From positions 6,448,001-6,512,000 of the forward strand of contig JBHGNT010000022.1 of assembly GCA_043228905.1 (NCBI GenBank): DNA of 64,000 nt. The letters are read 5' to 3'. Position numbers and translations under genes: made by a program. Below the pieces are notes generated by a model that searched no databases, was not told the origin of the DNA, and was given only the letters and a program-made list of their open reading frames with translations. Origin of the DNA: Azolla caroliniana (Eukaryota; Plantae; Polypodiophyta). Every line of letters starts with the position of its first letter. Position 1 is the stretch's first letter. Positions 13,866-26,869 of this stretch are shown in pieces.

Positions 13866-16800
13866 ATGGAAGGCGCCGGTAGTGGGCCTCCGGGCATGAT
13901 GGTGCTGAATGCGCAGAATTACGCCGACTGGAAGATCAAGATGGAGGATCTTCTGATTGTTCGGGACCTGTACGAACCGATTGACAGGTCGGAAATACCG
14001 AAGGGGGTACTTGAGTCGGAGTGGAAGCTCCTGAACCGGAAAGCCGTAGCGACGATCCGACAATATGTCGATGTAAGCGTTCTACAGCATGTGGCGAACG
14101 ACACCAACGCATATGAGATGTGGCGGAAGCTGTCGGGCCTCTATGAGAGGAAGAATGCGTTGAACCGGACCTCCCTGATGAGGAAGATAGTGAACCTCAA
14201 GTACCGGGACGGCGAGAGTATGGTGGAACACGTAAGCACGTTCATGGGATTCGTGAACCAGCTTGCGGCGATCAAGTTCCCGTTGGAGGATGCAATGCAA
14301 GCCATCATCCTGATGTGTACATTGCCGGACAGCTGGGAGAACTTGGTGGTGACTCTCAGCACCTCCTGCACCGAAGATAACTTGTCTCTACAAACGGTAA
14401 AGACAAGTATTTTGAACGAAGAAGCGCGTCGGAGAGATAAAGAACCGGTCTCCGACTCGAAGGCGCTGCTTACCGAATCGGAACGGGGAAGACAGTGGAA
14501 CCGGAGTCCGCAAAGACGGGAGAAGTCGGGGACCCGGTCGCAGTCAAGAGGAAGGCCAACGTGCTTCCACTGTGGGAAGCCGGGGCACTTCCGGAAGAAT
14601 TGTCGGCATTACCGAAAGGACAACGGAGCCGACGACACCGATTCGAAGAAGTCACCGGAGAGAAACGGTGCATACCGGGGAGCCACGGACCGGAGAGGTC
14701 CGGATCGGCGAGGGCAGGAACGGAAAGGAACGACGGCACTCGCGGCAAGTGAAGAAGAGATAATGCTTATTACCGAAGAGAGGGAGCTGAACCTTGCCGG
14801 TGTAGAGATGACCTGGGTGGTCGATTCCGGAGCGTCGTTCCACCTGACCCCGGAGAAGAAATACTTCTCATCCTACACAGCCGGTGAGCACGACTGTGTC
14901 CGGATGGGAAATGAAGGTACGTGCCGGATAGCCGGCATAGGAGACGTGTGGCTGATGACATCAACCGGATGCAAGATGCTGCTGAAGGATGTGCGACACG
15001 TTCCGGAGGTCCGATTGAACCTGATCTCGGCCGGGAGGCTAGATGATGAAGGCTACACGGGTAGCATCCGGAACGGTGTCATGAAGTTCAGCAAGGGGAG
15101 CCTGATAGTGGCTCGGGCCCAGAAGGTCAACACACTGTACCTGATGAATTCCCGGCTATGTCTGGAAGAGCTGAATGTGGCAGCCGACACTGCCGGTGAG
15201 CTGTGGCACAAAAGACTGTGCCACATGAGTGAGAAGGGGATGAAGAGGCTTGCAGAAGACAACCTCATTCCAGTGAAGCATGTGCATCTGGAGAAGTGCA
15301 CCGACTGCCTGGCCGGTAAGCAAAACCGGACCTCCTTCCACTCAAGGCCACCGACGAGACGTAGCGCACCATTGGAGTTGGTGCACACCGATGTGTGTCA
15401 GGTAGAAACGAAGTCACATGGCGGAGCCCAGTACTTCGTAACATTCATTGATGATCACAGCCGGAAGCTGTGGACGGCACCGTTGAAGACAAAGGACCAA
15501 GTATTGTCCGTCTTCAAAGAACTCCACGCGAGAGTGGAAAGGGAATCCGGCAAGAAGCTGAAAGCAATACGAGCGGATAACGGAGGGGAATACCGGGGGC
15601 AGTTCCAGGAGTACTGTCGCTCGAAGGGGATCCGGCTCGAGTTTACTGTGCCGAAGACGCCGGAACTGAACGGGCTGGCCGAGAGGATGAACCGGACCAT
15701 AATGGAGAGGGTCCGGAGTATGCTGGCGCATGCGAAATTACCCAAGGGGTTTTGGGCTGAGGCAATGTCGACGGCGACGTATGTGATAAATAGATCACCC
15801 TCAGTACCTCTGGACGGAGACACGCCGCAGAAAGTGTGGACCGGTAAGGAAGTGTCCTACCGGCATCTGAAGGTGTTCGGGTGTCTCGCATACGTGCATG
15901 TGGCAAAGGACCGGAGAGGAAAGCTAGATCCAAAGACCCGGCCATGCATATTCCTCGGTTACGGCGACGACGAGTTCGGCTACCGAGTATGGGACCCGGT
16001 CGACAAGAAGATATTCAGGAGTCGAGATATCATCTTCATGGAGAACAAGACACTCGCCGACTGGGAGTCGGAGAAGAAGATGAAGAGCTCCAAGTCGACC
16101 GGTGAGGATAAACTCTACGAGGAGCAGTCCCGACCGGCAAGGGACCGGTTAGCACTCGAGGATCCGGCCGAAGACGGTGAAGAAACAGAACCGGCCGAGG
16201 AAGATGAAACTGATACCGGAACCGGCCCCGATCCCGAAATGGATTCGGATGAAGAGGAAACGGAGGAGCCGGTTACCGAAGCTCCGGAACGGAGATATCC
16301 TCTAAGAGAGAGAAGGGCCCCCCGGAGATTTCCGGAACCAGAGCACGTGCTGCTAACCGACGAGGGGGAGCCGGAGAGCTTTGAAGAAGCAAAGTATGAC
16401 ACCCAGAGCCGCAGGTGGTTGAGTGCCATGCAGGACGAGATGGATTCCCTGCATGAGAACCACACATATGAACTTGTGGAGTTGCCGAAAGGAAAGCGGG
16501 CACTTCGAAACAAGTGGGTGTTCAAGCTGAAACCGGGAGATGCCGGAAACCCCCCGAGATACAAAGCCAGGATCGTGGTGAAGGGGTTTCAGCAGAAGAA
16601 GGGCGTCGACTTCGACGAGATATTTGCCCCGGTAGTGAAGATGACCTCCATCCGGACGGTGCTGAGCATAGCGGCAAGCATGGACCTCGAGGTAGAACAG
16701 ATGGACGTGAAGACGGCATTCCTTCACGGTGACCTCGAAGAAGAGATCTACATGCAGCAACCGGAAGGATTCGAGAAGAAAGGGAAGGAGCACCTGGTAT

Positions 16801-17939
16801 GCCGGTTGAAGAAGAGCCTTTACGGACTGAAGCAGGCTCCCCGGCAATGGTACCGGAAGTTCGACTCCTTCATGACCGACGAAGGGTACCACAAAACGCA
16901 GTCCGATCACTGCGTGTTTGTGAAGAAGTTCGAAGGAGGAGACTTTCTAATACTCCTCCTATACGTGGACGACATGTTGATCGTCGGACGGGACCAGGTC
17001 AAGATACGGATGCTGAAGAAGGCTCTTCACCGAACCTTCTCAATGAAGGACCTGGGTCTGGCGAGGCAAATACTAGGGATGCACATCATCCGGGACCGGA
17101 AGAAGAAGCAGTTGTGGCTGTCACAGGAGAAGTACGTGACAAAGGTGCTTCACCGGTTCAACATGTCGGAAGCAAGACCGGTCGGGTCAACCCTCCCGGC
17201 AAACTGCAAGTTGTCCAGCAAGCAGAGCCCCAAGACAAAGGCTGAGAGGGAGGACATGATGAAAGTACCATATGCCTCTGCCGTCGGAAGCTTGATGTAC
17301 GCAATGGTGTGTACAAGACCGGACATAGGATACGCAGTCGGAGTGGTGAGCCGGTACATGAGCAATCCCGGCAAAGACCACTGGAACGCGGTCAAGTGGA
17401 TACTCCGATACCTGAAGGGCACGGCAAACGTGTGCCTCCGATTCGGCTCCGGTAAGCCCGAACTCGACGGCTTTACCGATTCGGATATGTCGGCTGATGA
17501 AGATACCAGCCGGTCCACATCAGGGTATGTGATGACGTATGCAGGGGGAGCTGTTTCGTGGCAGTCGAGGCTGCAGAAGACGGTTGCGTTGTCAACAACG
17601 GAGGCGGAGTACATGGCGGCTGTTGAAGCCGGCAAGGAAATAATATGGATGAAGGACTTCATTAGAGAGCTCGGTATCCGGCAAGAGGAGTACCGACTCT
17701 ACTGCGACAGTCAGAGTGCCATCCACCTTGCGAAGAACGCGGCCTATCACTCCCGGACGAAGCACATCCAGCGAAGATATCACTGGATCCGGGAAAGGAT
17801 AGAAGATCAGGAGTTCATGCTGACGAAGATCCACACGGAAGAGAACGGGTCAGATATGCTGACCAAAGTGCTCACACCCGACAAGCTGGAAGCGTGCCGG
17901 AAGAGGGTCGGATTGGAGAGACATCCCATGCCGAAGTGA
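13866..17939 (+). CDS. Copia Gag-Pol polyprotein (Gag, zinc knuckle, protease, integrase, RT, RNase H)
   Basis: First ATG after the PBS (MEGAGSG). Motifs CFHCGKPGHFRKNC, WVVDSGAS, LWHKRLCH, VHTDVC/ADNGGEY/LAER, YGLKQA, LYVDDM, FTDSD, STTEAEY. Confidence 0.96.
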   Translation: MEGAGSGPPGMMVLNAQNYADWKIKMEDLLIVRDLYEPIDRSEIPKGVLESEWKLLNRKAVATIRQYVDVSVLQHVANDTNAYEMWRKLSGLYERKNALNRTSLMRKIVNLKYRDGESMVEHVSTFMGFVNQLAAIKFPLEDAMQAIILMCTLPDSWENLVVTLSTSCTEDNLSLQTVKTSILNEEARRRDKEPVSDSKALLTESERGRQWNRSPQRREKSGTRSQSRGRPTCFHCGKPGHFRKNCRHYRKDNGADDTDSKKSPERNGAYRGATDRRGPDRRGQERKGTTALAASEEEIMLITEERELNLAGVEMTWVVDSGASFHLTPEKKYFSSYTAGEHDCVRMGNEGTCRIAGIGDVWLMTSTGCKMLLKDVRHVPEVRLNLISAGRLDDEGYTGSIRNGVMKFSKGSLIVARAQKVNTLYLMNSRLCLEELNVAADTAGELWHKRLCHMSEKGMKRLAEDNLIPVKHVHLEKCTDCLAGKQNRTSFHSRPPTRRSAPLELVHTDVCQVETKSHGGAQYFVTFIDDHSRKLWTAPLKTKDQVLSVFKELHARVERESGKKLKAIRADNGGEYRGQFQEYCRSKGIRLEFTVPKTPELNGLAERMNRTIMERVRSMLAHAKLPKGFWAEAMSTATYVINRSPSVPLDGDTPQKVWTGKEVSYRHLKVFGCLAYVHVAKDRRGKLDPKTRPCIFLGYGDDEFGYRVWDPVDKKIFRSRDIIFMENKTLADWESEKKMKSSKSTGEDKLYEEQSRPARDRLALEDPAEDGEETEPAEEDETDTGTGPDPEMDSDEEETEEPVTEAPERRYPLRERRAPRRFPEPEHVLLTDEGEPESFEEAKYDTQSRRWLSAMQDEMDSLHENHTYELVELPKGKRALRNKWVFKLKPGDAGNPPRYKARIVVKGFQQKKGVDFDEIFAPVVKMTSIRTVLSIAASMDLEVEQMDVKTAFLHGDLEEEIYMQQPEGFEKKGKEHLVCRLKKSLYGLKQAPRQWYRKFDSFMTDEGYHKTQSDHCVFVKKFEGGDFLILLLYVDDMLIVGRDQVKIRMLKKALHRTFSMKDLGLARQILGMHIIRDRKKKQLWLSQEKYVTKVLHRFNMSEARPVGSTLPANCKLSSKQSPKTKAEREDMMKVPYASAVGSLMYAMVCTRPDIGYAVGVVSRYMSNPGKDHWNAVKWILRYLKGTANVCLRFGSGKPELDGFTDSDMSADEDTSRSTSGYVMTYAGGAVSWQSRLQKTVALSTTEAEYMAAVEAGKEIIWMKDFIRELGIRQEEYRLYCDSQSAIHLAKNAAYHSRTKHIQRRYHWIRERIEDQEFMLTKIHTEENGSDMLTKVLTPDKLEACRKRVGLERHPMPK

Positions 17940-19429
17940 AGGGGGAGTTTGTTGGGATTTCGGTCCCTCCGGATGGGATGTCCGGAGATGAATGACGGCA
18001 AGCCCGGTTGCGGTTACGGTGCCGGATGATGAAGACCCCGGCTACGGAGCCGGATGATGAAGACCCCGGCTACGGTGCCGGATGATGAAGACCCCGGCTA
18101 CGGAGCCGGATGATGAATACCCCGGCTACGGAGCCGGATGCTGAAGACCCCGGTTACGGAGCCGGATGACGAATGTACCCGGAGGGAGATCCGGATGCGG
18201 GGACATATTTGTGAATATGTTTGCCAAGAGCCCTTGAGGCTATATTTGTAAATAGCCCGAAAGTCATATGTGTATAAATATGACTTAGGGCAAACAGTTT
18301 ATGTTGTTGCTCATTTTTCTGTTTTCCACTAAGAGGGAGCGAAGTGAGAGCAGCCGAGAGAGAGTGAGAGAGAAAGAGGAAGGAAGAGGTCGACGCCTCT
18401 GTGTAATACCGCCGCCTGTGGCGAGGACAACGAGCTCAAGGTTGTTGCCTTGTAGCCTCACCATTGTACATCTCTGTGCATAGTGATAGTTGGAGTTAGA
18501 GGACTCCCGTGGTTTTTTTTCCCATTTAGGGTTTTCCACGTAAACATCCTGTGTGCTCTTCTCTCTGTTGTTCTTCGTGCATTCTTGTATTTCCCGTTTT
18601 CTGCGAATCGATCCTGTTCCTCGGTTGTGGCCGAGCACGGAATTGCAACAGATTGGACGACCGTCGTGATCGTTATCACGATGACGAGTATCGGGCAAAG
18701 AACGATTATGATCGGAATGAAGATGATCGAGAGGACCGATACGATCAGCGGAATTCCCGTAATGATCGGCGCAACTCTCACCGAGGATCGCACAACAACA
18801 GAAGGAATAACGACAACCGTCATCGGGACCCCCCGCAAAATGAACCGCGTAGCTCGAACATGCCCTGGACCAACCCACCAACACACGAGGCCGGGAATCA
18901 ACCGCAACTCCCCCACACATAGATTGGGCTAGCACCAGCAACTCGGCCGTCGTTACCTTCTTCAAGTGCAACCAACCCGGTCACTACGCTATGCAATGCC
19001 CAATAACAGACCGCAGAAAGACTCCTGCCGTGAATAGTATTATGGCCGATGTGGAAAACGTCACAACACGCAGCAAAGCCCACTCTACCCCATGGCAAGT
19101 ACAGGATGAAGTCCAGCAAGCAGCCAAAGAATGGATGGATACGGCCAACAAAAACAATGTGGTGCGGATGCAAACAGAAATGGGAGACGCGACCATCGAA
19201 GCAACACAGTCCTCGGCACCATCCACGTCGACAGAAGATGACCAACTGTGGGACGCCCTTACCAGTTCCAGGATCTCCTTGCCTCTACATAAACTCTTAC
19301 CACTCATACCGCGGTTTCGGGACACCTTGGCTACACTCATGGCCAATACCCACTCCACCGCACCACCTGTGCACCTGACCGAGCCAGAAACGGGTCCACC
19401 CCTCATGGATGCGCAGAATCCAGCCATAA

Positions 19430-22400
19430 AAATTATGATTAAAGGGACCTGCACGGGTGCATAATCGACGGCGGCTCTGGCGAGAATGTCATCAGTGAGG
19501 CTACCTGTCATAAACTCGGCTTGACTCAATGGGAACCTTGCCCCTTTTGGCATCGGATGGCCGACACACAATCGGTTCGCCCCATCGGATTAATCCGCCA
19601 CCTCGACTTTACTCTAGGAGGCCACATGTTCACTATCTCGGCTGTTGTATTACGACTCGAAGCACAGGGGGCTTACCCAATGTTATTGGGCAAACCATGT
19701 TTGCGCACAACAAATATCGAACAACATTGGCAGCGCGACATGATCTCGTTTTGCCGAGGAAAGACCAAGGTCTGGATCATAACCAAAGAACGCGTAACCA
19801 CGCCCCACAACACCTCGTTGTTATACGTGGAAGGGGTGCACATGCTCGACGGGTTAGCCGAAGACGAGGTAGATGACTTCCTAGAAGACCATCCCACTAT
19901 CATACCTCTCTTCGAAATCGACGCCATGACGGCCATCGGCACACCTCTAGATGAGGAAGTCACGGTGAATACACCTCCCCAAGATGAGCCCGATCCCACC
20001 ACCATCGCAGAATTACGACACACTCGGGACACTTTTGAACGTGAACCCGCCATCTCCCAACAAGTGAAGGCATCAACGCTTGAAACACTGAACCTCGGTT
20101 TGGACGAGAACCCTCGCACCCTACAGATTGCTAATAACTTACCAGCCGGCGAACGAGCAACCCTCATACACTTACTCACCGATTACCATGATGTATTCGC
20201 CTGGTCTTACACAAATATGAAGGGTTTGGACCCTAAATACTACCAACACCAGATCCATCTTCTCCCGGACGCTCGGTCGGTTCAGCAAAGACGATACCGG
20301 ATGAACCCCAATTATGCGGCTAAGGTCAAGGAAGAAATAGACTAGCTCCTCCGAGTCGGGTTCATAGGACTTGTAAAATGCACCACATGGTTAAGCCCAA
20401 TCGTAGTCGTCCCCAAGAAAAACAGGAAAATGCGAGTCTGCGTCGACTACCGCAAGCTTAATGCTGGAACAGTCACGGATGGATTCCCTCTCCCGTTCAC
20501 GGATAACGTTCTCGACACGGTGGCAGGTCACGAATGCTACAACTTTCTAGACGGGTTCAGTGGTTACAACCAAATCAGAATGCACCCGGATGATTAGGAG
20601 AAAACAACATTTGTCACGGAATGGGGTGTTTTCGTGGCAGAAGTAATGATGTTCGGGTTAAAAACGGCGCCAGCCACGTTCCAGCGCATCATCGCCGAAA
20701 TTTTTAACGAATATATTCCAATGTTCATGCAAGTCTTTCTTGATGACTTCGCCGTATATGGTCAGCGACTGGAACACATGACCTAGTTACGTCTCTGTCT
20801 TGATCGATGTCGCCAGGCTCGGTTAAGTTTAAACCCGGCAAAATGCGCGTTCTTGGTCACAAGCGGAAACCTACTCGGGCACATCGTCAGTCAAGAATGT
20901 ATTGCCATGGATCCGGATAAAGTACAAGCCATCCTAAACGCCCTCGCACCCTCAAACGCAAAAGGCCTCAACCGATTTCTAGGAAAAATCAGATGGCACA
21001 TCCGGATGATACGCCACCTGGCCAATTTCGCGACAACACTACACGCGGCGGTGCATCAACTTCCCTTTCAATGGACTTCAATCGAGTACGAGGCTTACCA
21101 AGGATTGAAATTAATGCTCTTGCATGCCCCAGTTGTACAACCCCCGATATGGTCAAAACCTTTTCACGTCTTCGTGGACGCATCAGATATCGCCATCGGG
21201 AGCGCACTTATGCAATGCACGCCCCCAAATTGGTATCGGCCAGTGTATTATGCTAGCCGACGTCTCTCGGCCACGGAAAAGAACTATTCAACCACCGAAC
21301 GAGAGGCCCTCGGTATGATCTACAACGTCAGTAAATTTCGGCATTACCTCTTAGGCCGACAATTCACATTTCACGTCGATCACTCATCCCTCCTTTATCT
21401 GGTCAATAAACAAGCCCTAACAGGTCGACTGGCTCGATGGATGCTCCTATTACAAGAGTTTGATTTTCATATACAGCATCGACTCGGAGTCCAACACGTC
21501 GTCGCTGACTACCTAAGCTGCCTCGAGTCAGGAGACCCTACCGAGCCCACGTTGTCGCGAAAATATGACGAGGATACGTGAACGTTGAGGCAAGACCCCG
21601 GGGCCTAGAGGATATCAAATTCGTGTATTTATGTACTAAGAATTAACCGAAATGAGAAAGATTAACAAATTTCATTAACAAGTAGAAAGAAAGATTACAA
21701 TTAATCCCGAGATTGGGATTACAAAAAGTTTGCTAATGGAGATGGCTAGAGTAATAGATTAGAGGAAATTAAGATATGAATTCTATAGAAAATTAGGGTT
21801 TTTGGCTTTGATAAGAGATTATGGTTTTATGAGTTGAATAGCTTCCGTATGGAAATTTAGAGTTATGAGTAAGATATGGCTTCCATAAGGAAATTCGGGT
21901 TTTACTTGAGAGATATGGCTTCGATAAGATAGGGGAGCTCAAAGAAAAGAAAAAAAATTAAGATAATATGGAGAGTGAGTCCCAGTGTAGGGAAAAAAAT
22001 GGAATATATATGGAGTTCTCCCTTGATCATAGCCTTTCCACTTTTTGTTGCATGGCCTCTACTTTTAGTTGCTTAGCTTTTTCTTTTAGTTGCATCTATT
22101 TTTAGTTGCAAGGCTTTTTCGTTTAGTTGCATGTGACTGTCCACATGACCTTTACTTTTTGCATGCACTCCAACTTTAGTTGCTTGCGTCCACATGGCCT
22201 TTACTTTAGTTCTCTTCACTTTACTTTAGTTTGTTGCATGATCCCATCTTCCGTCCGTCCGCGTCCAACCTCGTCCGGTAGCTGGTTCCGCCCGATCGCC
22301 GAATCCCTCGCCGGCCGGTTCCATTTTGCTTTCCGGTTGCGGTTGCGGTTTTGCTTACCGGCCGGTTTCCGGTTTTGCTTACCGGCCAGTTTCCGATTTT

Positions 22401-24381
22401 GCTTGCCGGCCGGTTCCGATGCCGGTTTGCTTGCCGGTTCCGGTTCCAGTTTTGCTTACCGGCGGGTTTCTGGTTTGCTTGCCGGTTCCAGTTCCAGTTT
22501 TGCTTGCCGGCCAGTTCCAGTTTTGCTTGCCGACTGGTTCCAGTTCCGGTTTTGCTTACCTGCCGGTTTTCGGTTTGCATACCGGCCGGTTTCCAGTTTG
22601 CTTGCAGGTTCCGGTTCCGATTTTGCTTGCCGGCCGGTTCCCAGATTTGTTTACCGGCCGGTTTCCGGTTTTAGGGAATTTGGCCACCATCATCCATTAA
22701 GACAAAGTGGCCAAAGTGCTCTTAGCACAAATGAAAAATGAGGGAGCTCAAGGTGGTTATATAGCCAGGGCCTTAACTCTCCTATCTATGCGGGATAGTT
22801 CTAATTTCCCTATCTTCTCAAACTTTATTTTCACATAACTTGATATGTATTTCTCCATTTTGTATATAGTAAAAACGTTTTGAAGCTCTCGAGTATATCC
22901 ATCTTTCTATAGTAAGCTACTAATCTAATCTATAATAATTATTTCATTATTTTTTTACATAGTGTGTGAAGATTCACACGACAACGTATGACAATTTACC
23001 CGATGCCGGCCTATTTCATCTCACAACGCTGCCAGACGACAAAGAAGACGAATGGATCACGGAAATGACCCATTTCCTTAGCACTGGCTTGCCTCCCGAC
23101 CACATGGCCCTCGATGTATAGAAATGACTCGCAGTATGTAGCCGCAACTTTTGTCTCGTTTCCGACATCCTCTACCACAAAGGCTCGGACAGAATATGGT
23201 GTCGGGCAATTTGACAATTCGAGAAGAAGGCCATCCTCCAAGAGGCCCACCTAGGAATCGCTGGCGGACACTACGCCGGAGAGTCCACTGCAAGGAAAGT
23301 ATGGCAGAGTGGGTTATGGTGGCCTACAACGAAAAAGGATGCCCACGAGTTCTACCGACAGTGCGACTTGTGCCAACGGTTGGGACAACCTATGGAACAC
23401 GCTCGAATGCCACACCAACCCATTCTTCCATTGGAACCATTTCAAAAATGGGGGTTAGATTTTGTGGGACCCTTCAAACCAGCCACAGCCCGAACCGGTA
23501 ATAAGTATATCATCATGGCCACAAACTACTGCACAAAATGGGTTGAGGCGAAGGCTTTACGAGACAACACGGCCGCTTCCACGGCGAAATTCGTGTACGA
23601 ACATCTCTGGTGCCATTATGGATGCCCAATTGAGCTCGTTAGTGACCAAGGTGGGCACTTTATAAACCATATAATACACGAGCTTATGACACACTACGCG
23701 GTGGTACATAAGAAAAGTACACCATACTACCCACAGGCAAACGGATTGGCAGAATCGACTAACAAAATTCTCCAAACAATCCTGAAGAAGATCGTCAACG
23801 AGAACCGCACCGATTGGGATGACAAGCTCCAGAGTGCACTATGGGCTTATCGCACTACATTCAAAACGAGCATTCAATCCACCCCCTTTCGGATGGCTTT
23901 TGGTCTCGACGCCGTTATGCCCATCGAGTTCCAAGTTCCGAGTTTCCGAGTTCAAGTTAAAGCACGGCTCCTCGAGGCCCAATCTGAACAATTGAGGCTG
24001 GAACAACTCCTCGAACTTGGCGAGGACCGAGTCGCGAGCATGGCCCAACTTGAACAGCGCCAACGACAACGGAAAGCCTTTGTGGACCGACATCGGAAAG
24101 GATTGGAACAAGAACTGACCATAGGCAAACCGGTCCTCGCTTTCCAAACGCGACTCGGTGCTATGCCAGGAAAGTTACGATTTCGATGGACCAGCCCCTT
24201 CTGGATTATTGACGAGTTTAACGGCACGTTCCAGCTCGGCACCCTCGCCGGGGAAATTGTCAAAAGCTGGGTGAATGGATTCCGACTGCGACCGTACCAG
24301 GGAAATACCCCAGCCAACCCCTTCGCTGAGTCTCTCGGCACGGACAATGCCACGAAGGAGGCCACGCGTCCCCCTTGGTAA
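19430..24381 (+). pseudogene. E1 pol (protease, RT, RNase H, integrase), interrupted by the solo LTR
   Basis: IIDGGSG protease; [26 protein letters not shown] for RT; [13 protein letters not shown] for RH; [20 protein letters not shown] for IN. Several stops. Confidence 0.92.
21553..22983. mobile_element. Solo LTR (1431 bp) with 4-bp TSD
   Basis: tgtcgcg...cacgaca, flanked by acgt at 21549-21552 and 22984-22987. Removing it restores the pol frame (ESGDPTEPTYDNLPDA). Internal ccggtt/ttttgctt tandem array at about 22310-22670. Confidence 0.85.
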
Positions 24382-25105
24382 GAACCCACCAACATTCCAA
24401 AGTAGACATTAGGTAGGATTAGGCATAGTTTTAGCAATGAGTTAGATCCACCTACACCACCTACCACATCACCCAAATCACGTCATGTTAGAGGCACACA
24501 TTAGTCACTTTCACATTCACTTAAGTATTTAAAGGCACAACACTAACTCCCTAGGACACGTGGCCATAATATCCTATTATGGCATCCACACCCAAGAATC
24601 TCCAGGCTCCTCTTCATGCATGTTACCGGCCGGCAAAGGAGTCCAGAGTGTGAAACGGGGAGTTATTTAATTAGTAGGAATGGTTGTAAGTAAGCTATGA
24701 GTGTGGACGGACGGACCGGAATCGGTATGCCGTTCCGGATCCGAACCGATCCCGAACAAGTGCGGATGGCACCGTTTTGTAATACAGACCGGAAACCTAT
24801 TTAAAGGCACGGATACAATGTAATGAATAGTGGTTAATTAATAAAGCTTAGTGTTGTTATCTCTTTGTGTTAATTGCCGTTCTGCATTCATTGTTATATC
24901 TTACACGTGTGATTATTAAAGACGATCATGCTAAGTAACCTAATTAAGTCGGATTAACCGTTGAGTCTAATCCTGTTGCCGTAACACCCTTTGGTGAAGT
25001 GTCTTCCGTAGACACCCTGTGTTAGGCCATTGTCCGGCCCTAAGAGTTAACACACTTTTTGGCGACCACGATTCCTGTTTTTGCAACGAACAACGACACG
25101 GATGG

Positions 25106-26869
25106 ATGACTAGATCAACGCACGACCTGGTTACAGATCGAACTCGACACCTTGCCGAAAGGCAAAGGAGACGTGAGGCTTTCCAGCAAGCGGCGCAGGA
25201 AATTAGAGCGGATCGCTCGTTTTCCAACGTAATCCGGAGAGTAGCGGAGGACTCCCTCTGGTTACAGCAAACATCGCACCCGGACGACGGCAGCAGCCTA
25301 AGCAGCCTTCGAGAAACCGAATCCCTTCTCTAGACATTGGCAAACGGAGAAGGCGAAGCAGAAGCCTTTTCAGCGTATGAATCGAACTTCGAAGGGGAAT
25401 ACAGCGTGCACACGAACTACCGTCGCAGCAACGAAACCCCAGGTGGACCGGAGGACGAAGGATCGGATACCTTACCGACACCGGAACCGGAAGTGCTAAC
25501 GTTGGAACCCCCGGAACCAGCAGAGGAAGAGCGACCTCCGACACCGGAAGTTGAAGAGGAGAGGCCTCCGTCACCAAAAGAAGAGGAAAAACCACCAACG
25601 CCGGAAACAAATCGGGAAAGACCACCGACGCCGGAAAAAAACCCGAAACGAGCACCGACACTGCCAGCCCGCGCACCGATACCGGACGACGACATGTCGT
25701 TCCAGTACTCCAAGTATAGAGATGATCCGAACGCGGAAGCTCATGTGCACGCCTTTGAACAGACATGGGAAGCCAACCATGTGTCCCAGCGATTGACCCC
25801 GGATGAAGAGGAACGCTCTAAGATAGCGGAATTTGGTGTCACATTGGAGGGACCGGCAGCAAGATGACGCCGGACGCAGGACCCGTCTACCATCAACACC
25901 TTTGCAGATTTAAAAGCTAAATTCTTGCATTTTTTCCAAAAGGAGGTGGACCAGACCGTAATGGTAGGCTTATTTTATACCATCCGGCAGGAAGCAGGGG
26001 AGAGCATTCCCCAGTTTGTCATCTGGTTTCAACGGATACATAGTCAGCTTACCCGCGCACCCCCGGAGGAGGAATTACAGACTATATTCCTAAACGCGCT
26101 CCGGGAACCCCTACGCACAGTTTGCACGGTAATTGACTTCCGCACAAGTACCATCGACCAGGTCATTGACCGGGTGAGAGAGATGGAAAAGACAAGCTCC
26201 TGGCTCACACTGGGAGCACTCCAACGGGCGTTACCGTCCGATGAAGACCTCCGGTTTCGGCAAGCAATACAGTGCACAACCTACTTGAATTCCGGACACT
26301 CGGCTCTAGAATGCACTATGAGGACGCAATGTGTAATCTGTCAATCCAAGGGCCATACGACGGATAGGTGCGAGTATAATCTATTGAACCGGCAAGCACC
26401 GCCCGTCCGACAAATTGAGCCACGCAGCAGCGAGGATGAAGAAGAGGAACGCTGGCGGCGAATGGACCGCGACCGACCGGCACAGGATGTCTGGTATGGC
26501 GATCGACGGGAGAATGATGTCCGGTACAGTGATCAGCGGGATAACTATGACCGGCATGATCGGTACCGGGATTACAATAGAAGATACGAACATTACGACC
26601 GGGAGCACTCCCCCTGGTATCGTCAGCAATGGGAGGAATACGGCATATATAACGGGCAACCCCGTCAAGAGTACCGCAATAAGAAGAGCTATAACAAAAA
26701 ACGGCATTTCATAAAAGGCAGCTGCTACCCACGGGATCCGGAACAAGGAGCTTCAAGCAGCCAACCGGCCCAAAACCCCGCGCGTACCACAGGACCTGCC
26801 TCGGGTTCAACAGACAATGCCAAATCCAGCAATACCCGGAAAATAGACATGGTGGTTATGATATACTAA
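25106..26869 (+). pseudogene. E3 gag (stops, truncated before the third zinc knuckle)
   Basis: ORFs 25019-25333, 25337-25867 and 25925-26869 are homologous to E4 gag (AEAHVHAFEQTWEANHVSQRL; CVICQSKGHTTDRC). Confidence 0.88.

Larger units (their letters stand above)
13134..18650 (+). mobile_element. Intact Ty1/copia element A (Tnt1/Tork-like)
   Basis: 701-bp LTRs at 13134-13834 and 17950-18650, TSD gattg, PBS tggtatcagagc 13838-13849, PPT gaagggggag before 17950, one uninterrupted gag-pol ORF. Confidence 0.97.
11960..19464 (+). pseudogene. E1 gag, interrupted by copia A
   Basis: ORF 12492-13049 (QFFSMRQEPHETVAQFTIRFQ; CTVCSGSGHLALEC). The RD-rich tract resumes at 18656, after TSD gattg. Confidence 0.85.

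Noticed and set aside
22127-22741. ORFs in the solo LTR
   Set aside because: Translations of a low-complexity tandem array that is open in several frames.
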